From Neodothiora populina (Eukaryota), in contig NW_027191414.1 in assembly GCF_041146345.1 (NCBI RefSeq), forward strand, positions 806,001 through 870,000: DNA of 64,000 nt, read 5' to 3'. Below the pieces are notes generated by a model, which searched no databases, was not told where the DNA came from, and saw only the letters and a program-made list of their open reading frames with translations. The translations under genes and the position numbers were made by a program. Below, in pieces: positions 49,175 to 61,112 of the stretch; position 1 is the first letter of the stretch, and each line of letters begins with the position of its first letter.

Positions 49175-50602
49175 TCAACCGACCACAGTCTGAGCTTGGT
49201 AGCCCATGGTGGGCATGTATGACATGTACTGTCGAGCACAGCTCATGCAATTGCAACCGTGGGGGTGAGGTGCTGACCAGGAAGGTTGATTCCAAGGTGA
49301 CACAAAAGACGCCAGGGGTGGGAGAGGCACGGCGCAGCCTCCATAGCCAAGGCGTCGCGCGTGCTCTTGTGATGCGCGGCCATTAGCGTGCTCGAGCTCA
49401 TCCAGAGTTGGGTAGCGTTGACGAGAGTTGTAGAAGGCTTCCATGGAGTTTGCGGGTTCCGAGCGGTTCCAGGGGTCAGCAGACAGGTAAGGGGTACCGC
49501 CGTAAGTGGACGAGGCCCTAGACGACTGAGGGGTGAAATCAGCGTAGAAGCCCTTGGCATATTGCTGCTGATAAGGCGAGTGTGAGCTGCGGATAGGAGT
49601 CTGGCGCTGGACGTTGGTATTGAGAGGCGAGAGACGAGCAGAGCGAGACTGCTGAGGACGCGATTCGTACTCCTTCCAAGCTTGGTGCCATGTGGAAAAG
49701 CCTTGGGGGTCCTCAGGGTCGCAGTGCAAGTTGTAGTCGATGGCGGACAACCACTCCATTTCGAGCTCGTTGAGCTCGGATACTCTGATGCCGCTGACGT
49801 CGGACCAGGAGCGATTGATGAAGGTGTTGTCGTCCAAGAACTTGCTTCCCAGGATCAGGGCGACGCATAGTAACCTGTAGATCTGATTTTCCGACGAAGA
49901 CGAGGGGCGTGGGGGGTGATCTCTCAGACGGACAGTGAGATAGTGGAGACTGAGCAGAATGGTGGCGGAAGGAAGGCGGGTTGCGGACAAAACCTGTAAT
50001 ACCCATTTGCGGAAGGGAGGTGAAACGGAAACTGTGTTGCGAATGCTTCGGCAAATGTCAATATCTGCAAGGCAGATGGGGGACATGTGGAGTGCATACA
50101 TTCCCAGAGCTGTCTCTGCCACGAAATCCGTCATTCTTTCCATATCATAGTCGAGCTTGGCTGACACGCCTCCTGTCGCCTTCTCCTCCTTGACCGGGGG
50201 TTGTTGTGCCACGGCGGCCTGCTGGGCGGCTTGACTGCGCTGGTTCTGGTCCATACGGAGACGCATCTCTTCCTCGAGTGATGCTCCCTGGGTTCTCAGA
50301 GGTGGCAATATCGGCGCGCCTAGAGGTTCGTAGTAGCTGCTGATGGGTGGAAGCTGCGGTGCTTGTTGATACATGCCTTGGTGAGGGTGATACATCGGCT
50401 GGCTGTTTATGTGAGCAGTTGGCTGATTGTAACCTCTCGTGTACTCATACGGCAGATCCTGTCGTGAGTCTGCACAGTGCTGTGCCATGTACGAGTCCTG
50501 ATGGTGAGGCACTCTGGCGCAAGCCGAAGTATCATAGGGTACAAACTCTGGAGGGGTGAGAGGCAAGTGGCCAGGATTGGCGCGAGGGTAGAAAGACGGC
50601 AT
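49175..50602 (-). CDS. Pho85-type cyclin-like protein (Clg1/Mug80 family), ~475 aa
   Basis: LPLTPP, GGVSAKLDYDMERMTDFV, FRKWVLQVLSATRLPSATILLSL, LGSKFLDDNTFINRSWSDVS. Confidence 0.85.
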   Translation of the reverse strand: MPSFYPRANPGHLPLTPPEFVPYDTSACARVPHHQDSYMAQHCADSRQDLPYEYTRGYNQPTAHINSQPMYHPHQGMYQQAPQLPPISSYYEPLGAPILPPLRTQGASLEEEMRLRMDQNQRSQAAQQAAVAQQPPVKEEKATGGVSAKLDYDMERMTDFVAETALGMYALHMSPICLADIDICRSIRNTVSVSPPFRKWVLQVLSATRLPSATILLSLHYLTVRLRDHPPRPSSSSENQIYRLLCVALILGSKFLDDNTFINRSWSDVSGIRVSELNELEMEWLSAIDYNLHCDPEDPQGFSTWHQAWKEYESRPQQSRSARLSPLNTNVQRQTPIRSSHSPYQQQYAKGFYADFTPQSSRASSTYGGTPYLSADPWNRSEPANSMEAFYNSRQRYPTLDELEHANGRASQEHARRLGYGGCAVPLPPLASFVSPWNQPSWSAPHPHGCNCMSCARQYMSYMPTMGYQAQTVVG

Positions 50603-51524
50603 GCTAGGTGGAGGAACGGGGAATGGAAGGAAAGAAACGGTGTACTGGTCGACACTCTGATGATAGTCGTCAGCGCGTGTTGTAACACCAAGTGATGTGA
50701 AGTAGCGAACCGTCTCTTTCGCTTCACGCGCACGAAGCGACAAGAGCTTTGCTCTGTGTCCCTCTAGTTGCAACAGTGCATGCGCAGTGAGATGATGCGT
50801 GGGAGAACAACGGGAGAGTGCGGGACTGGTGATACAGCAAGCAGTCGACTATTCGGTTGGGAAGACGGGCGACTGTCAAGATCCGGTCGATGTTTCGAGA
50901 CTGGTTGCTGGCGACAGATAGATCAAACACCGGTATTGATGATGATAACTAACAAAAGTGATGAATAACAGGATGGACGAAGCTAAGTGAATAGGTCGTC
51001 TATCCGAAGATGCGATGCTGGTATGTGCTGATGGGGATGCGTCTCTCTTGCTTTGAATCCGCAGCCTAGTCGTGTCGAATGCGTCGAATGACGTGGCTAT
51101 GCGAAGAAAAAGAAAGAAGAAAAGAAGACGGAGGAGTTGGCGTCGATGAGCGCGGACAACAATCCGTGAGTCTTGTTTTCTTCCTCTTCAGATGACTGCA
51201 GAGGGAGGTGTCCGTTGGACGTAGGCTTCAGCGAGACCGTGGTCTGACGTGGCGATGCGAGCGCGCAGAGCCGAGAGTTGGTTCTACAGTACAAGCAAGA
51301 CTTGTCCTAGTCGCTGCCTAAACCAGTTGATTTCCGATCCAGCGGTGGCAAATCAAAAGAGTAAAGGTCACGTCGCAGCCGCGAAAGCGCCCGGCCGTAG
51401 GGTTGAGAAGCGGCGGGGAATGGGCGAGAGAGTGCAGTATAGAGTTGGGGGAAGGAGGTGGAGGGGAGGAAATTGAGTAGGGAATATGGAGTCAACAGGG
51501 AGAAGGGCAGAAGGAGATTTGAGG

Positions 51525-51640
51525 AGCAACGCAGCAGCAGCAACGGCAGCAACAGGACTGGACAGCGGCAGCAAGCGATGAACAGCGACGGCACTAGCAC
51601 AAGCAACACCAGCAGCACCAGTTGCAGCCAGCAATAGCAA
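51525..51640. repeat. Imperfect (CAG/CAA/GCA) trinucleotide-rich tract upstream of the cyclin gene
   Basis: Read directly; it produces spurious poly-L/A/C ORFs. Confidence 0.7.
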
Positions 51641-53470
51641 CGACCGACAGGGCAATGAAAGAACGATTACTGTACGGTAAAGCTCCGGCCACTTTCCGAA
51701 AGCCCGGGCTTCCCAACTCTTCTTTCAGTGTCACTTTGACTAGAAACTGCTTGCGTTTGCGTGGTGTGTATGGAGCCGGTGGCAGAGACAAGGGAAAAAA
51801 CTCTTTCATCCGCCAGTGCGCGCTACGACCACCTGCAAACCAAGATCATGAACCACCACTACGTGGACATTACCTCATGTAGAGTGTACATGCAAGTGCT
51901 GCGTGAAGTCTTACTGGACGAAAGTCTTTTGCCTTGCCCTTCTTTAGGTACTCGCATGCCACTGTCTTAGTCCTGCTGTACTACTGTACTGTACTGTACT
52001 ACAGAGGGTGCCATTTTTACCTTGGGCTGTGTAGGCTAACTTGGCTATTCTGAGTAAAGTACAATGACGCCCCCCCACCCCCCATTATTGCCCTGTATTC
52101 TGGCCAACTTTGGCTGCAGCGCCGGCTACAGCAGCTGGCTGACACGCCTGTCTTTCTGTGACATATTACGCGTGTTGGGAAAATACCCTTTGGCCCTGCA
52201 ATCCTGCGTCTGGCTTTTGACCATCTAGTCACACACATAGTATACGACTCGCGTTGCGATGGCATGTCATATCGTATATTTACCTTTGGGACTATAGTAG
52301 AAAAACCTTCGTGGGTTTTCAGTGCTGATCCTACTCTATTGCACGTGTGCTCTCGGTGTGCCGCTACCTGTAGGTGGATCTGATCGATCCAGCCGGCTTG
52401 ATATAACCGTCATGATTCGAGTTGTTCCACTCGACCCCGAAGCTCGCCGCCGCCTACGGCCGCCTATGCCGCCCATCCAATTCCACAAAAAACAAAAGAA
52501 CCAATACGAAAAGGCAGTACGTCAACCGAACCTTGTTCTGTACAAATGACTTCATCGCATTTTGTGCCGGAAAGACTCTGCACAAAGAACAGACACGGCG
52601 GAGGGTAAGGTAGGGTAGCGACGATGATGACACGGAGTGGTGCGCGGGTCGCGCGTGTTCTTTCAAGCCATTAATCATACCTCCAGCAATAATAGTGCCG
52701 AAGTTGGTGACTTTGTCGCATTACGACCAGCGAATCCAAAAAAATCCAGCCTCCTCGGCACCCCCTCTCGTAGGCTCCCGTTGAAATGCTCCCGATTCCG
52801 AGCAGTCATGATCACACGTGCACTATGACCTATTTTCACATGTGCTGTGAGGTCCTTTGCATGACTCTCGCGCATCTTGTACTTGAGACTTCCAGGCAGG
52901 ATCAAGATGAGTAATTCGGATCAATCAAAAACAGCGACCAAGGACCTCGGCATCCCACGAGATATATTATCTTCTAATGACCATGATCACGCGTCTTTCA
53001 AATTGGAAAGGAAGCCCGTATTCGAGAAGTGAGCACAGGATCTTTTGTTACAAATGTATTGCTTCGTCCAATCTCAGGTACCAAATCACCCGTTTCCCTT
53101 CCTGCCGAGACATGCCGTAGATGCCGTGTCGTGTAGACAAGAAGTTTTTTTTCTTTCACGACCAGTCGGAGTTTCGCACCACACCAAGTCATGAGTACAG
53201 CAGGTAGTGCTGGTCATTTTGCCCTAAGAGAGTCAAAAGTAAAAATAGCACGAGTGGATATCTCCATCGTCCTATATCGTCGACACTGCCACTTGCATAT
53301 TCGATTTAGGACATGTCCTTGGCGGACAGCGTGTAAACGGCAAGTATAGACTCGTTGAGGTAGAAATCCTGCGCGACATACGTTGTGACGAAGGTTTGCA
53401 TCTGGTGACGCTCAAGCGAGGGTCTGCTCACATTGATATTCGACACAGCCGTTTGATAAACTTAAATCTA

Positions 53471-53542
53471 GGCGCACTGGCGCAATGGTAGCGCATTGGT
53501 TTCCGGTACCAAAGGTTGCGTGTTCGAGTCGCGCGTGCGTCG
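53471..53542 (+). tRNA. tRNA-Arg(CCG), intronless
   Basis: Acceptor stem GGCGCAC/GTGCGTC, D arm TGGCGCAATGGTAGCGC, anticodon arm TTGGT-TTCCGGT-ACCAA, T loop GTTCGAGTC, followed by TTTT at 53546-53549. Confidence 0.95.
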
Positions 53543-53944
53543 ACCTTTTGTCACTTCGTTTTTGCTCATGGAATTGTTTCTGCCCATAGAGGTGTGGGTG
53601 GGCGTTTCCGATCTTGCTTCAAGTGTGATTGTTTTCGTGTCACGATTGCAATTGCCGCAAACCGAGACCAAGATGTGAAAGGTCTGAGACTGTGCGACCA
53701 CAGTCTTGTAGTTCTATTGCCCAGATGTTGCATCTCTCGGAAGTCCTGAAAGAGGCCAAGTATAGTGATTAGCCGAGGCGCGAGACTTGGGGGTATTGTG
53801 GATCGTAAGTCTTATACTATACGTCCTCAGTCACAGTGTTTACCTATGCGTCCATCGTTTCTTCGCTATAACGTATTACAGATCAATGGATACTTAAATG
53901 CCCAGTCCGGACCTTGCAATCCTCGTTTCGCCTTTGTTTTAACA

Positions 53945-56039
53945 ATGTTCAAACATATTATCGGAATACTGAAAGGAGTGAGAGTAGCATCCATGAGACG
54001 AATAAAGCCACCCACCCCGACATCGCTGTTTAGAGTGAATACATGCAGCAAGTCAACTAGATCTTTCGGATCGACAAACGCCACGCTGTTCAATACATCT
54101 GCGAGAAGAAACGAGGGCGGGATATTCTTACAGTCCAGAGTCAAGATCGTAAGTCGTGCCCTGATATGTCTTATGCTATGAACGAAGTGGGAAAGACACT
54201 GATATTGTGAATGTTCTAGTCTCCGTTCGTCAAGTCTGCTGAACCTAGGGAAGATGGGACCAAAGCGCCTCTCACACCTATTTTCGACGGGACAAATCTG
54301 TATTTTGAAGCCTCGGAGGGCAGACCTTGCGAGATTGTGTATGTATCAATAAAGTACCTGTTATATACTTCATGTCTGAATCAAAGTTCTAATTTTTTCG
54401 ATGACCAGATCTAAGCGGTGGCTAAGGTGACTTCTTGCATCTCAGACTTCTACCGAGAACAAAGTCAGACTGATGGTGGGGTAGAGATCAATGTCCTTGC
54501 GGGGAGTGTGTCCATCCGGAGACGAAACAGCGGCAGATGGATACATTCAAGGTATGCACGCATGTTTATGTACATCAAACGCGTTCGGGATAAGACTGCT
54601 GACTCTTTATTCGTTGCGTGAAGATCCAGCCGGACATATCAATTGAAAGCTTCGAGCATGATCCCGGTGATGCAACTGCGAAGATTAGATGTGAGCAGGT
54701 TGTCGAATTTGAATTGTCGATGAGGTGGTATACTGACATCCATGACTATAATAGGGCAAGGTGGACACGAGAGCGTCTATCCAGTTGCAACAATACGTAA
54801 AAGCAAGCCGAAAGCTACAGACCTTGCGAGACGAGGCACTCTACAGTAAGCAGTTTTTCTTGCTATTGTCCTCGAGAATTGCTACTAAACATGATCTAGG
54901 CGAGAGTTCTTCGATGCAACGATCTCTGCCAGTCCGCCAACAGTTGAGTACGACAGTATCATGAGTGGTAACGGGGTCGCCGAGTGGACAAGGCAGATTG
55001 GCACGTATGGTATATCGTTTGTCAAAGGCTGCCCGATAGATGCAGAGGCAACGAAAGTATTACTCGAAAAGATCGGGCCCATCCGAGAGACCCACTATGG
55101 TATGAGCATGGACAAGCGATGGCGGGTTTGACGCAGCAAGTTGCTAACATGATCACGAAGGTGGCTTCTACGACTTTACTGCCAATTTGGCGTCCAAAGG
55201 TGACTATGGAGTACAGATTTGTGGAATTGGCAATAATTGACCAGAGCGACAACAGATACTGCATACACGAATCTGTCTCTCGGGGCTCATACCGACACTA
55301 CTTATTTCTCAGAACCCGCAGGTCTACAAATGTTCCACATGCTCTCGCACACGAATGGCTCTGGAGGAGAGTCGCTCCTTGTGGACGGTTTCGCAGCGGC
55401 AGCACAGCTTTACGAAGAGGACATGGAAGCATATCGAATCTTGAGCACGGTGAGGATATGGAGCCACGCCAGCGGTAACGAGGACGTCAGCATCCAGCCG
55501 TATACGTGCTTCCCGGTGTTGTCGCACGATCCGGTGATGGGCCATCTTGTCATGGTGCGGTGGAACGATGATGATAGGGCAGGCATTGAAGCTGAAGGAG
55601 AGGAGGTGGATAAGTGGTATGAAGCGGCAAGGTAAAGACCGTTCGTTCGATCTTGGCTACACAGCAGAGCTAATATCCAACGCAGCAGATTCAATCGCAT
55701 ATTGAACGACAGCAAGAACCAGTATTGGTCGCAATTAGAGCCAGGGGTGCCATTGAGTAAGTCGCTTTTGCTTGACCTGATGTAACAGAAGCATGCGATT
55801 GACGAGCTTGGCAGTTTTTGACAATTGGCGCGTGCTGCATGGCAGAGGGCAATTCACGGGGAAAAGAAGAATGAGCGGAGGCTACAGTGAGTCTATTACA
55901 TTATCGTGTGATACTGCCTTGTTGGAGCAACAACTCGACTGACAAATTGAATTCAGTAAATCGTGACGACTTTATCTCCAAGTTGAAACTCAGCAACATG
56001 ACGCGCGATCAGGTGCTGGAATCAACCGTGACGGGCTGA
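53945..56039 (+). CDS. Trimethyllysine dioxygenase (TMLH/BBOX-TauD family, carnitine biosynthesis), 12 exons
   Basis: Spliced product contains WLRDQCPCGECVHPETKQRQ, IRETHYGGFYDFT, DTAYTNLSLGAHTDTTYF (HxD) and FDNWRVLHGR...RRMSGGY; presequence-like N-terminus; start uncertain. Confidence 0.88.
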
Positions 56040-56423
56040 GAGTCATTCGTAGACTTGAGCATTGAACGAAGAGTGTTGCGGTAGCATTGCGAACTATCTT
56101 CCAGCAATATTATGTGAAAGTTTGCAAGGTGTAGATAATAGTAACATCAGTACCTGTAGTTATGATGGTACAGTCAGTACCTTAGTGGAAGTAGTCGAAG
56201 TAGTCGAAGCTTACCTAAGCGGACAAAGTCCGGGGTTCGAGCAGCTTGAAGCTGCACCTGCCTGTGCTGGCTGCATCATCATCGTCCATCGAATCGCTTC
56301 ACCAAAACATCACTGCATCACAACACTTTCTCCATCTATCAACCTCGCCTTCCCATTACTCACCTGACTCATCTGTCGGGCATACATCCAGACGACAAAT
56401 CACACATTCCCTGACAACGCATC

Positions 56424-57959
56424 ATGTCGACGCTCGAAGACCTCGATGCCCTGGAGCATGATGGCAAGGACGAGGGAGATGACAAGAAGGAAGAGGACAA
56501 GGATCCCAAGAAGACTGGAGACGCCGACATGCAAGACGCAGATGGAGACAAGAGCAAGGAAGAGGAGAAGAAACAACAGGAGCAAGAAGACCTAATAGAC
56601 ATGGACGTCCTCAACTCCAGCACAAGAGACGTCGTCACCCGGCGGCGACTGCTCGAAAACGACACACGCATCATGAGAAGCGAGTACCAACGCCTGAACC
56701 ACGAAAAGGCCGCCATGATGGAGAAGATCAAGGACAACGTCGACAAAATCGACAACAACAGGCAGTTACCCTACCTTGTCGGAAACGTCGTCGAGATCCT
56801 TGATCTGGATGTCGACGAGGAGGCCGCCGAGGAGGGCGCGAACATCGATCTGGACGCCACCCGCGTCGGCAAATCCGCCGTCATCAAGACCTCGACCAGA
56901 CAGACCATCTTCCTGCCTCTGATCGGTCTGGTCGACCACGAGAAGCTCAAGCCTGGCGATCTCATCGGTGTCAACAAAGACTCATATCTCATTCTAGACA
57001 CTCTCCCTGCCGAGTATGACAGCAGAGTCAAGGCTATGGAGGTTGACGAGAAGCCCACCGAGAAGTACACCGACGTCGGAGGTCTGGACAAGCAGATCGA
57101 AGAGCTTGTCGAGGCCATCGTGTGGCCTATGAAGGAGGCCGAGAGATTCAAGAAGATTGGCATCAAGGCTCCCAAGGGTGAGTTTTCTTTTTTCGTTCTT
57201 TATATATATGCGCATATCGCTGACTTTGCCATTCTACGACAGGTGCACTTATGTACGGACCCCCTGGAACGGGCAAGACACTGCTCGCCCGTGCTTGCGC
57301 CGCCCAGACCGAAGCCACCTTTCTCAAGCTCGCAGGTCCCCAGTTGGTGCAGATGTTCATCGGTGACGGCGCGAAGCTCGTTCGCGACGCTTTCGCACTG
57401 GCCAAGGAGAAGGCCCCTACCATTATCTTCATCGACGAGTTGGACGCCATCGGTACCAAGCGTTTCGACAGCGACAAGAGTGGTGACAGAGAAGTCCAGC
57501 GAACCATGTTGGAGCTCCTGAACCAGCTCGACGGTTTCGCCAGCGACGACAGAATCAAGGTGCTCGCGGCCACGAACAGAGTCGACGTCCTCGACCCTGC
57601 CTTGCTCAGATCAGGTCGTCTGGATCGCAAGATCGAGTTCCCCCTACCGAACGAGGAGTCACGTGCCCAGATCCTGCGCATCCACAGCCGAAAAATGACC
57701 GTCGACGACGCCGTCAACTGGGCAGAGCTGGCAAGGAGTACCGACGAGTTCGGAGGTGCCATGCTCAAGGCTGTCTGTGTCGAGGCGGGCATGATTGCGC
57801 TCCGAAACGGACATTCCAAGATCTCCCACGAGCACTACGTCGACGCCATCTCCGAGGTGCAATCCAAGAAGAAGGAATCGTGAGTCTTCCCTTTCTCCTT
57901 GTCTCTTACCGTTCGAATTTATCGCTAATTCTTATCACAGCATCTCCATCTACGCTTAA
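56424..57959 (+). CDS. RPT5: 26S proteasome AAA-ATPase Rpt5, 3 exons (56424-57177, 57243-57879, 57941-57959)
   Basis: [35 protein letters not shown], Walker A GPPGTGKT, Walker B IFIDELD, C-terminal HbYX motif IYA. Confidence 0.96.
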
Positions 57960-58538
57960 GAAAGGCGTCTGATTATGGTCATTTTCTGGCATTCTTGCAT
58001 TGCATTATGGAGTGGAATCACGCGGGTCTGTAATTATAGCTATACCACACGATCCAATCCGAAAATATAGAGAGCCTTGCCTGTCGGCGTTCGAGCATCC
58101 ATGAGGGGATACCATTATCCCCTCAAGTATCGCTTGAGTTCATACTATGACAAACGAAGAAACAAGTACAGATTTTCAATTTGTACACCGAAATTTGGGT
58201 TTTCCTTTTCCTTGTCGCCATCGAGGGCCATGAAGGCGACTTTCATGAGTCATTGCCTCCGCATCGTGAAGCTATATGGTGTGTTCGTAGATTCCAGGAG
58301 AGTGATAGGGCCAGCCAGCCGCGATCCCATCGTTCGTGCTCACAATACCACTGCTGCTTTATTGCCTCTCTTCTTCAACTGACAGTCGGGGCCTCTTTTG
58401 ATAAGCTAGCTGTTTCTCTTCTCTTCATCAAAGGTCTACAGCCCTCACTCATTGGACCTTCGTCAGCTTTCGTTTTCGTTCCTTCTGTACCATGCCGTGC
58501 TATACCACAGATGAAACAGCGGAAAGTGCCATTCTACT

Positions 58539-61112
58539 TTACTCCTTGTGCTTATCGTCTTCATCATCGCCCTCCTTTCCCGCCGTCGTAGCCGGCGTAT
58601 CCTCCGCCTCCTTCGACAACTGCCTCGACCACAAATTAACATATCTCCCACCCAGCTTGAACAACTCAGCATGCGTGCCGCGCTCCACAATCTCCCCATT
58701 AGACACAACCAAAATCAAATCAGCATGCTGGATCGTCGACAAGCGATGCGCTACAACGAATGTCGTGCGGCCCGCAGCGAGTTTCTTGAACGCTTTCTGG
58801 ATGAGATGCTCAGTCTCGGCGTCGACCATGCTCGTGGCCTCGTCGAGAAGCACGATCGCCGGGTCGCGAAGGATGGCGCGCGCGATGGCGACGCGCTGCA
58901 GCTCGCCGCCGCTGAGCTTCACGCCGCGCTCGCCGACGGTCGATTCGTAGGCGTCTGGGAAGGCCAGGATCTTGTCGTGGATGGCGGCTGCGCGGCAGGC
59001 CTCGTGGACTTGGGCGTCGGTGGCGTCGAGGCGGGCGTAGCGCACGTTTTCCATGATGCTGAGGTTGAAGAGCGCCGGGTCTTGCGGCACCATGCCGAAC
59101 GAGTCGCGCAGGCTGTCCAGCGTTACCGTCTTGATGTCTTGGTCATCGATGAGGATTTGTCCGTTTTCTTGCACGTCGTAGTAGCGGTAGAGCAGTTTGA
59201 GGAGAGTGCTCTTGCCCCCGCCGGTTTCGCCTACCAGCGCCACTGTCATGCCTGCTTCCGCGACGAAGGAGATGTCTTTGAGTGTGGTTTTGCGCGTGTC
59301 GTAGCAGAAGTTGACGTTGCGGAATTCGACCTTGGCTCGGATTATCTTTAGTGGAGGCGCGCAGGGCGCTTCGCTGACGCTGGGTTTTGTGCTGAGGAGC
59401 TCGAGAAGGCGTTCGGAGTCGATGAGCATTTGCGAGAGCTGTCGTACGGAATATGCAATGGTTGCCAGTGGACTCTGCAATGTACTCCAGTATGCCATCA
59501 GGGTCACAAAGTTGCCCACAGGCGCCACGCCTTGGGATACTCGATATACGGCTAGGAGAGCCGTGGACATACGTCCGAAGAGCATAGTCAAGCTCTGAGC
59601 TGCGCTGCCAAAGTATTGCAGGTAAATGTAACCCCATTCGGCCGCGATGACTTCGTCCACAGCCTTGGAGTATCTTTGCACCTCGTATCCTGCTCTGTTG
59701 AAGTGTGAAACCGTCGGCCAGTTGTGCAGTGCTTCGTTCTCCGTCTTTGATTCATTTCGCCATGCTTTGTTGTAGCGTCGTCGTTTCTTGACGGTCCAGC
59801 TGGCCAACTTGACTCCGAGCCAGCTGTAAGTGATGCCGACAAAGAGCACTATCAGCGCCATGTTAGCATCGAACAAATTCGCGACATAGATGAAAGCGAT
59901 GATCAGATCGAGGATCATGGGTGCAACGGTCAGAACCATAAGTTGGACGAGCCCGAAGAGATGTCGACCTTGCCCGATGGCTGCCAGAAGTTCTCCAGAG
60001 TTCTTCTCGTTGTGAAAGTCCATGGAAAGCGTCATGATGTGCCTGAACGCAGTGGTACCGATTTTGCGATATGCATACTGCTCGAGCGGTATCTCTGCAA
60101 ACGTGTTGATACCGTCGATTCCTGCTCGAGAGTGCAGCCAACTGTAAAGGGCCCACAGTAGGAACTCCTTGTATGGCACGTAACCTGTCCCGGCGCTTTC
60201 TGCCAGGCGATCGACGAGTATACCCATCTGTCTGGGTACCAAGACATTGAGGGCTCGGTCGGCTAGCAGGACAAGAATCATCACTCCCGCGCATCCCATG
60301 ACATAAAGATCATCCCCGGGCCAGACGAGTGGAAGAAGTACACGGAAATCCTTGATATATGCCAACCAGTTGCCCCGTCGCTTCAAGCGTGCTTGTTGCT
60401 GTTTTCGCAGCTCCTTGACGCGCTTGGGCTCGTCGTCATCCTCGGAATCAGCATCGGTCGACTCATCATCAGAGACTGAGCTGGTGCCGTAGCTAGAATT
60501 TGATCCTTCACCTGAAGCAGTGCGATGCGCAGAATCCGCAGAGAGTAATGGTTCGCTTTCCTTGTCATCACCACTGGTGCATGCTGCGCTTACGACGAAC
60601 GCCAGCGCCGAACCAACAAGGGCCAATAAGACAATCAACCTGGAGCAATGCAGGCTGAATTGTATACTGTCATGCGCTGGCGCAGAATCGATAGCCAGCT
60701 CAAGAGGCAGCAAGGCACCATCTACGAGGAGAGTCAAGGTCCACGCTCCGATATGTGGATACCAGAGCTTCGATCCTGTGGGAAACAGACCAGTGAGCAA
60801 AGCCGCCCACAGGAGACTCGAGGACATCAGGTAGACCGGTAGTCGACTACGAGCAGAGACATAGTCGGGACCTTGTGCCTTGATAGACTCGACGAGCCAG
60901 AGCACCAGCTGAGAGACGTAGAGCAGAAATATAACCGTGGAGAGCGAGACGGCGATTGATTCCCGTAGGTTTATGCCTCGCTTGCTTTTCCGTGGCTTGT
61001 GTAGCAAGCAAAAGGCGACAGTCTTCGCTCCCAGATAGTAGACTGCTCCTATGGCAGGTCCCACCCAGTAAAGCAGTGCCACTACAGCAGCTGCCGCGCG
61101 CGAGGAGACCAT
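58539..61112 (-). CDS. HMT1/ABCB6-like half-size ABC transporter, ~857 aa, intronless
   Basis: N-terminal extra TM domain, TMD, Walker A GETGGGKST, signature LSGGELQRVAIARA, Walker B VLLDEATS, H-loop AHRLSTI. Confidence 0.9.
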   Translation of the reverse strand: MVSSRAAAAVVALLYWVGPAIGAVYYLGAKTVAFCLLHKPRKSKRGINLRESIAVSLSTVIFLLYVSQLVLWLVESIKAQGPDYVSARSRLPVYLMSSSLLWAALLTGLFPTGSKLWYPHIGAWTLTLLVDGALLPLELAIDSAPAHDSIQFSLHCSRLIVLLALVGSALAFVVSAACTSGDDKESEPLLSADSAHRTASGEGSNSSYGTSSVSDDESTDADSEDDDEPKRVKELRKQQQARLKRRGNWLAYIKDFRVLLPLVWPGDDLYVMGCAGVMILVLLADRALNVLVPRQMGILVDRLAESAGTGYVPYKEFLLWALYSWLHSRAGIDGINTFAEIPLEQYAYRKIGTTAFRHIMTLSMDFHNEKNSGELLAAIGQGRHLFGLVQLMVLTVAPMILDLIIAFIYVANLFDANMALIVLFVGITYSWLGVKLASWTVKKRRRYNKAWRNESKTENEALHNWPTVSHFNRAGYEVQRYSKAVDEVIAAEWGYIYLQYFGSAAQSLTMLFGRMSTALLAVYRVSQGVAPVGNFVTLMAYWSTLQSPLATIAYSVRQLSQMLIDSERLLELLSTKPSVSEAPCAPPLKIIRAKVEFRNVNFCYDTRKTTLKDISFVAEAGMTVALVGETGGGKSTLLKLLYRYYDVQENGQILIDDQDIKTVTLDSLRDSFGMVPQDPALFNLSIMENVRYARLDATDAQVHEACRAAAIHDKILAFPDAYESTVGERGVKLSGGELQRVAIARAILRDPAIVLLDEATSMVDAETEHLIQKAFKKLAAGRTTFVVAHRLSTIQHADLILVVSNGEIVERGTHAELFKLGGRYVNLWSRQLSKEAEDTPATTAGKEGDDEDDKHKE

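Noticed and set aside
50603..50773. Stop-free in-frame extension upstream of the cyclin ATG (possible non-AUG start)
   Set aside because: Only 57 codons with no motif, and ATG 50602 precedes the family-typical LPLTPP; not enough support
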